In this document: piece by piece, positions 58,507-64,000 of the stretch
Layout: each line of letters starts with the position of its first letter
Numbering within the stretch: the stretch's first letter is position 1
From: a virus
Lineage: Duplodnaviria; Caudoviricetes
Reading direction: 5' to 3' (one strand)
Virus record (IMG/VR): IMGVR_UViG_3300000756_000009
Location: 1-64,000 of that record
DNA length: 64,000 bases
Position numbers and translations under genes: made by a program
The notes under the pieces: generated by a model
Databases searched by the model: none
What the model was told of the DNA's origin: nothing
What the model saw: the letters and a program-made list of their open reading frames with translations, nothing else

Positions 58507-58920
58507 TTAATCAGGTACAATAATATTATTAATACCTCTGTATTCCAACTCTTTTGCAATAATTTGTTCCATCCAAGATGCCATTCTACCTGACATATTT
58601 TTAATGATGTTTACAAGATGATCATTAGACATTTCTGCTACTGATTTATATGATAAAGGTGATTTACCATCTTTACCTCTGTTGCCCCAATAAGAAAAAT
58701 CCCGGTTAACAAGATGATCTTCTGATAAATATACAGTAAAACTTGTATCAACTAAATCAAGGTTTACACCTCCATAACGTTGATAATTGTTACCTCCATC
58801 TACCATTGTTTTATTAGGACAACTGCATGTTTTATAATCATGCCCATAATAAGAAGTTAATATCTCCTTACATTCTTTACACTGAACTCTGTTTAGGATT
58901 ATTTGTTCTAGTCCATTCAT
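58507..58920 (-). CDS. Zn-binding hypothetical phage protein
   Basis: 137 aa. CKEC...HDYKTCSC...VDGG..YQRYG. Confidence 0.75.
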   Translation of the reverse strand: MNGLEQIILNRVQCKECKEILTSYYGHDYKTCSCPNKTMVDGGNNYQRYGGVNLDLVDTSFTVYLSEDHLVNRDFSYWGNRGKDGKSPLSYKSVAEMSNDHLVNIIKNMSGRMASWMEQIIAKELEYRGINNIIVPD

Positions 58921-58922
58921 AA

Positions 58923-59081
58923 TTAGTTTAGTTTAATTCTATAACCCCATTTAGATGCGGCCATATACTCTTCAAAATAACAATCCTGCCAGTAATAAAT
59001 CATTTGACCAGCTTTGCGGTCATAAAAACCTACTCTTGTGGTTTTGACCATTGTAAATCTACTTATTAAATTTTTTATCAT
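58923..59081 (-). CDS. 52-aa hypothetical protein
   Basis: Not in the ORF track: MIKNLISRFTMVKTTRVGFYDRKAGQMIYYWQDCYFEEYMAASKWGYRIKLN. Fills the gap between two genes exactly. Confidence 0.7.
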   Translation of the reverse strand: MIKNLISRFTMVKTTRVGFYDRKAGQMIYYWQDCYFEEYMAASKWGYRIKLN

Positions 59082-59086
59082 AATAT

Positions 59087-59509
59087 TTATCTATCACATT
59101 CAACAAAGGATTCCGGATACATTTTCAATGCCTCAAGGTATCTTTCTACAAAAGGAATAAAGTGAACATATAAACCCCATCCATTTGGTGAATCAAAGGT
59201 TCTGTAGTGTTCTGGTCTTGCTAGCATATCTTGTAAACCTTTTTCAATAATAAGAATTATTTCATATGCTTTTACAGGATTTTCTTCTTCAAACTTATAC
59301 TCAGCATCATAATCATCTTCAGAAATATTATATCCTTCTTTTAATTGATAAGGTCTCCAAAGAGCTTTATATATTCCGGCTGCTGCAGCCATTGTTCCCA
59401 AGTTATGGGTTATGTTAGATGAATACAAAGATTCTCTTTTTGGTTCTAAAGTTTTACCTCCGTCATAACTGACGTGATAATTTCTGTACAAAGTTACGTC
59501 TAAACTCAT
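59087..59509 (-). CDS. Hypothetical phage protein
   Basis: 140 aa (NITHNLGTMA...ALWRP; SPNGWG). ATGA-type overlap with the kinase gene. Confidence 0.8.
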   Translation of the reverse strand: MSLDVTLYRNYHVSYDGGKTLEPKRESLYSSNITHNLGTMAAAAGIYKALWRPYQLKEGYNISEDDYDAEYKFEEENPVKAYEIILIIEKGLQDMLARPEHYRTFDSPNGWGLYVHFIPFVERYLEALKMYPESFVECDR

Positions 59510-60165
59510 ATTAATTTTTCTTCAATTAAAACTTCTCTAACTTTTTTTACAAGTTCTTCCATGGTGCCATCATTGATGATTTCATAGTCAAATACAGCTT
59601 TATCAAGAGCTGTTTCTGATGAATGTAATTTTGCAGTATTTTTACTTTTTTCAACAGGTCTTGTTACTCTAATGGTTATACCGTGTCTTTTTTCTACAGC
59701 ATCTAGTTCATTAGGAAATCTTATGTCTGTAATAATCCAGTTGGGATATTCTTTTACATACTCTTCATCTTCTACTTTACGTCTAGATTCTTTGTAATCA
59801 ACAAACAAAGCATTAACCCATACATTTTTATGTAAACCTTCACGCATTGCTTCTGTACCAAGTTTTTGAAGAAATTCTCTTACACTCATCATAACATTAA
59901 ACTGCATGTCAGCAAATGGTGGTATTGCATTAAGGGGTACATCTTGTACTGTTCCCCATTCAACATCTAAAAGATTTGTTTTAAATTCTTGGTCTTCAAA
60001 TTTCTTTACAGGAATGCCTGTAAGCATTGAAGCAATTTGTTTCAGTTTGCCTCCAAACTTTTTAATTTCAAAAAATTGATTTTTGTTTGTTAAAAGCAAT
60101 TTTTGAATTATTGTACCAACTGTATCTTTGCCGGCACCTATTTTTCCATTTATTCCTATTATCAT
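59506..60165 (-). CDS. Deoxynucleoside monophosphate kinase (T4 gp1-like)
   Basis: 219 aa. P-loop GKIGAGKDT, REFLQKLGTEAMR, ITDIRFPNE and HSSE. Confidence 0.9.
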   Translation of the reverse strand: MIIGINGKIGAGKDTVGTIIQKLLLTNKNQFFEIKKFGGKLKQIASMLTGIPVKKFEDQEFKTNLLDVEWGTVQDVPLNAIPPFADMQFNVMMSVREFLQKLGTEAMREGLHKNVWVNALFVDYKESRRKVEDEEYVKEYPNWIITDIRFPNELDAVEKRHGITIRVTRPVEKSKNTAKLHSSETALDKAVFDYEIINDGTMEELVKKVREVLIEEKLI

Positions 60166-60455
60166 TGTGGTGGTTTTTTAAATTTTGGACTACAACCTAA
60201 TAATATACCTCTTGATGTAGCTTCTTTACGCCACTTGGGTATTTTTAGGTCTTTCAAATGTCTCATGACAATCTCTTCATATACGTCTGGATCAATTAAA
60301 TAATCATTGTATGGAATAATCTTTTGACCCCGCTCATTTAATTCTGCAGATTCAAGTAAATAATTCCAACTCACAGATGGTTCTGACACAGCATACAGTT
60401 CTGTATATATGCTGGTCACAACATCTTCTATTTTTTTATCTATTGCTTTAGTCAT
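60162..60455 (-). CDS. Hypothetical protein
   Basis: 97 aa, coupled to the kinase gene. Confidence 0.75.
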   Translation of the reverse strand: MTKAIDKKIEDVVTSIYTELYAVSEPSVSWNYLLESAELNERGQKIIPYNDYLIDPDVYEEIVMRHLKDLKIPKWRKEATSRGILLGCSPKFKKPPQ

Positions 60456-60459
60456 AACT

Positions 60460-62451
60460 TTAAAATAATCTCAATTGATTTGATGATACAGTTAAAATAT
60501 TGTTTATTTCATTTTCAACAGCCTGAATATAATAACCTTTATCAATGTTGTATGAATCCCATTTAGGTTCCATTTTCATTTTATTAAAGATTGTTTGTAT
60601 CCATTTACCTGCTTCTAACTGTATTTCTCTTTTGTCAACTTGGTTAACTTTTATAATTTTAACTCCTCCTTTAGATACATAATATCTATTAATTTTTTGA
60701 AGTTTATCTTCTACAAAATCACCTTCTTTAATAGATCTGGCCACACATTTCCAATCACCATTAGATTTACTTCCAATACAATAATCAAGTATGTTTTTGT
60801 TTTGCTCTAAATATTCTTCAGGAAGAACATTGTGCACAAAATACTGATAAATTGCTTTTGGTATAACCAACTTAGATTTGTTTTTGTGTAGCTGTAAATT
60901 ATGAAAATCAAATCTACCCTTCAACTTTACAGATGCATAACTAAACTTATCATTTTCCACTTTAAATAAATAATGCGGGTCTGATTGTTTGATTTCTCTC
61001 CATTTAGTAATGTTAACTTCTTTATAGTTATTAATACCAATGTAATTATTTACATCTCCTAGTACCAATTTTTGGTATTGATCATGTTCCAAAGACAAAT
61101 TAGTGGTTTCCTCCCATTCTTTGCAGATAAGCATATAGTCATCATAATGCTTTCTAGGTATCAATGTTTCAACACCATCTGTATTATGTAATAATGCAAC
61201 TGCACCGGGGATTCTTTCCATAATTTGCTCATAAAGCATCATCAAACTCAATTGACCATTAATTGTGATTCTCATACACAACTCAGGATCATAAAAGAAG
61301 CTGTTTTCATCATTGCTAAGACCAAAAGTAGAGTTAAGTATAATCTTGTATACATAATTCATTGGATTGCTCTTAGGGATCTTCTTACGCTCTTCAAAGA
61401 ACCATTCATATTGATCACAGAACGCATCACTAGGAAAGTGTCCTGGAGACCATCTATTTCTGATTGCAAGATTAGGGTAAAAACTGGTAACATCTGAAGA
61501 AACTATAATCATATCTTCAGTGCTTTCATAAACACCTTTATTTCTTGCACCATGCACACCACCTAAACCAAAATCTGTTTTCACATTTTTATAGTTAACG
61601 CTGTACTTGAAACTACCTTTAAGATTCTTCCCATTTATTTCTAATGCATTAAATCTTTGTAGTAAAGTACTAAATTCATTAGAGCTAAACTTGATGTAAG
61701 GTAATATGATGTCTTTGATTTTAATAATATCTCTGGGTGTTCTTAGATCCCTCAATTCTTTTTTAGGAATATTTAGTTTTTTAGATAAATAGTATCCAAA
61801 AATTTCTTTACTAATTCTTGGTTCTGATGCACTAAATAGATTGATATCATATGTTTTGGTTAACTCTTTTCTTAAACCTACCTGTGATTTAGATCTGTTA
61901 TATATTTCTTTAGTTGACCTTACATCATTAATACAGTATTCTAGTATTGTATCAATCTCCTCTTTTGTAGTTATTGCTGACTCATGGTGAATAGGCATTT
62001 CAAGAATGTTATCCCAATCCATGCTATATTGGATCCATTTCAAACTAGAACGCTTTGCTGGGTTGTCCCAGTGATGCATTTTAAAGATATCTATTTGACC
62101 AATTGACATTTTCCATGGAGAATAATCAGCAAATTCCTTTTTGTGGCTTTTTTCTATAGCTCTTTGTGCACATCTATAAATAATATTTGCAATTTCACAA
62201 CCTGTAAAATCACGCCAATCATTATAATTGTCCAATATAAAATGTGTTATTTGAGCATCAAAAGCTAACCCATTGTAAGATATATGCCACTCTTTGTTGG
62301 CTATATTTGTATTTAAAAAACTTACAAACTCATCCAGATCATTTTGCAGGTCATGAATAACAAAGACTTTTGTTTCCATAGTCTTATAATCTTCAAATAC
62401 ACCTGTAAAACAATTAGATAATGTTTCATAATCCATCACCCAATGCTTCAT
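60460..62451 (-). CDS. polB: Family B DNA polymerase with a 3'-5' exonuclease domain
   Basis: 663 aa. Exo motifs MDYET, YNGLAFD and YCINDV; polymerase motifs DVTSFYPN, KIILNSTFG and NTDG. Confidence 0.93.
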   Translation of the reverse strand: MKHWVMDYETLSNCFTGVFEDYKTMETKVFVIHDLQNDLDEFVSFLNTNIANKEWHISYNGLAFDAQITHFILDNYNDWRDFTGCEIANIIYRCAQRAIEKSHKKEFADYSPWKMSIGQIDIFKMHHWDNPAKRSSLKWIQYSMDWDNILEMPIHHESAITTKEEIDTILEYCINDVRSTKEIYNRSKSQVGLRKELTKTYDINLFSASEPRISKEIFGYYLSKKLNIPKKELRDLRTPRDIIKIKDIILPYIKFSSNEFSTLLQRFNALEINGKNLKGSFKYSVNYKNVKTDFGLGGVHGARNKGVYESTEDMIIVSSDVTSFYPNLAIRNRWSPGHFPSDAFCDQYEWFFEERKKIPKSNPMNYVYKIILNSTFGLSNDENSFFYDPELCMRITINGQLSLMMLYEQIMERIPGAVALLHNTDGVETLIPRKHYDDYMLICKEWEETTNLSLEHDQYQKLVLGDVNNYIGINNYKEVNITKWREIKQSDPHYLFKVENDKFSYASVKLKGRFDFHNLQLHKNKSKLVIPKAIYQYFVHNVLPEEYLEQNKNILDYCIGSKSNGDWKCVARSIKEGDFVEDKLQKINRYYVSKGGVKIIKVNQVDKREIQLEAGKWIQTIFNKMKMEPKWDSYNIDKGYYIQAVENEINNILTVSSNQLRLF

Positions 62452-62522
62452 ATTTTATTTATTAGAGCAAAAAAAAAGACATACGCTAATACATCTTCTT
62501 TTTTAATTAATGATTTATTAGA

Positions 62523-62939
62523 TTAAGCTGACAATATGATGCTAGATTTTTTTGTTTTTTTGGTATCAACAAAAAATGCTTTATAATCAAATGTAGATGC
62601 ATTAATAGCAAACAAATGAATGAACTGCTCAATATCTAAAGCATCAGCTAAATAAAACTCAGAAAAAGTATCCACTAATCTTCTTTCTTCTTTAACTGTT
62701 TTACCAGTCTGTGGATTTGGATTTTTTAGTCTAATAGGTTGACCATCCTCATCTAGTTTTGCAACCATGTGATAGGATTGTTTCATTACCTTGCTAATTA
62801 CAGCTAAAATGCCTGACGCAGGGTCATACATAGCTTCAACATATGGTGAGTCATTACTCACAGGAATCATGGTAAAAGATTTGGCATTTCTGAAACTAGA
62901 TGTTACCAGCATCATGTTCTGCCCAATTGTTTGTGACAT
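62523..62939 (-). CDS. Hypothetical protein upstream of polB
   Basis: 138 aa, in the replication operon. Confidence 0.75.
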   Translation of the reverse strand: MSQTIGQNMMLVTSSFRNAKSFTMIPVSNDSPYVEAMYDPASGILAVISKVMKQSYHMVAKLDEDGQPIRLKNPNPQTGKTVKEERRLVDTFSEFYLADALDIEQFIHLFAINASTFDYKAFFVDTKKTKKSSIILSA

Positions 62940-62949
62940 ATTATTGGTT

Positions 62950-63531
62950 TTAATTTTTCAAAGATATAGAACTATTTTTGATTTTCTCACAAAATAGTTC
63001 ACTTTTTTTAAAGTAAAGAGTCTCTTTATCTAAATCTGGGATACTGCAAACTTCAAAAACCTCTTCAATTTGTTTTAAAGGAACATCTAAGGCTTCTGCA
63101 TAAAGTTTATGTGCTGAATTAGGAGATAAAAACAAATTAATGTATTCTGAAATATTACCTTTATTACCAAAAAAATCTAAGATTATGATTTTTGTATCTA
63201 AAGTAAACTTAGAATACTGTCCATCAAGAAATCTTTTAAAATCTGATTTATATTGGGTAAAATCAAAGATGAATACGTGTCTATTTTCATCAATCTGTAC
63301 GTATTCATAAAACAATGGGTGCTTTTTGAGATATGAATTGCAGAACAATTCAAACTTTTCAGTTGTACCTACATTGTACTCACACAAAAACTTATTTTCA
63401 TTAACAGTAATCACGTGCTCCCAGCAGACATAAGTCTGCACGGGAACAAATGATAAACCTGATCTAAACCTTAATAAAGGATAAAGAAATACTTTGCTTT
63501 TTTGAAAATAATCAGTGTATACACCCTTCAT
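62950..63531 (-). CDS. Hypothetical protein (replication module)
   Basis: 193 aa (FLYPLL...), directly downstream of the nuclease gene. Confidence 0.75.
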   Translation of the reverse strand: MKGVYTDYFQKSKVFLYPLLRFRSGLSFVPVQTYVCWEHVITVNENKFLCEYNVGTTEKFELFCNSYLKKHPLFYEYVQIDENRHVFIFDFTQYKSDFKRFLDGQYSKFTLDTKIIILDFFGNKGNISEYINLFLSPNSAHKLYAEALDVPLKQIEEVFEVCSIPDLDKETLYFKKSELFCEKIKNSSISLKN

Positions 63532-63533
63532 AC

Positions 63534-64000
63534 TTATAATTTAATGTTTCCTAGAAGGAAATCATATGGTAAAGAATAATTTTTTTTTGTATAATGATAA
63601 CTAGCTCTTTCAATCACATCTTCTAAAGCAACAGCCCAACCGTTTAATGTTTCATCTGTTACATCAAAAACATATACTTGATTGTACTTATCTACAACAA
63701 CAAATTTAAACAAAATATTGTATTCTTGTTCAGTTTCAGCCAAATTTGCAAAAACTAATTTGCAATATATAGCTGCTTGTAACCAATAATTATAAAAATC
63801 AATGGTTTCTTTGAAGTCTGAAATAGTTTTACTTGTTGTCTTGAGGTCACAGATTGTGACCGTCTTTGTAGAGTGATTAATTTTATAATAATCCAAGTAA
63901 CCATGAAGGCCAAAAGGCTTATCTAATAAATCAGATGTTAAGTACTTTTCTGCATGTGTTTCAATAGGGTCTAACTCAAAATCAGTTTGAACATCTTCAA
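63534..64000 (-). CDS. PD-(D/E)xK (RecB/Cas4-like) exonuclease, 5'-truncated by the window edge
   Basis: The frame stays open beyond the track's TTG start to the window end: ...ETHAEKYL...GLHGYLDYYKINHSTKTVTICDLKTT...YWLQAAIY. Confidence 0.85.
   Translation of the reverse strand, partial: EDVQTDFELDPIETHAEKYLTSDLLDKPFGLHGYLDYYKINHSTKTVTICDLKTTSKTISDFKETIDFYNYWLQAAIYCKLVFANLAETEQEYNILFKFVVVDKYNQVYVFDVTDETLNGWAVALEDVIERASYHYTKKNYSLPYDFLLGNIKL

Noticed and set aside
381-61497. Many short opposite-strand or alternate-frame ORFs in the track (e.g. 381-644, 3692-3970, 14472-14789, 26022-26525, 34887-35291, 46993-47310, 61225-61497)
   Set aside because: They are fully nested in long, motif-bearing genes and have the composition of antisense or shifted-frame shadows.
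45008-62451. Introns or inteins in nrdA, nrdB or polB
   Set aside because: All three are compact and continuous, with expected motif spacing and no splice-junction motifs.
1-64000. Stop-codon reassignment (TAG or TGA), known in some crAss-like phages
   Set aside because: Genes up to 13.6 kb are uninterrupted in code 11, coding density is high, and TAG (48686-48688) and TGA (56058-56060) are used as ordinary stops.
63534-64000. Cas4-like nuclease as part of a CRISPR-Cas system
   Set aside because: No other cas genes or array are present; the replication-operon context fits a stand-alone phage exonuclease.

Overview
An AT-rich fragment of a large Bacteroidota-infecting podophage of the crAss-like (Crassvirales-related) type, read in the standard genetic code. 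It has four blocks. (1) + strand 1-44865, virion genes: Cys-rich/FN3 fibre-like proteins, a metallophosphoesterase, an HU/IHF-like protein, two ring-like tail proteins, a 2040-aa muzzle/tail-stabilisation-like protein with a VWA insert, and six large cargo (ejection) genes. The cargo genes include a 4532-aa virion RNA polymerase (GADFDIDK) and a 1926-aa protein with a PD-(D/E)xK nuclease domain. (2) - strand 45008-47896: an inverted ribonucleotide reductase pair with class Id-like signatures. (3) + strand 48001-55643: membrane/lysis, small basic and fibre genes. (4) - strand 55897-64000: DUF932-like protein, MazG-like protein, dNMP kinase, family B DNA polymerase and a PD-(D/E)xK exonuclease. 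The most notable unexplained features are a recurring K/R-x-x-x-G-G motif that delimits modules in the cargo proteins and makes up two micro-proteins; a 1326-aa multi-effector cargo protein (two ART-like cassettes, a zincin and a lytic transglycosylase); and a strong unannotated -1 ribosomal frameshift candidate at 57976-57982. All family assignments come from motif recognition by eye; no database searches were run.
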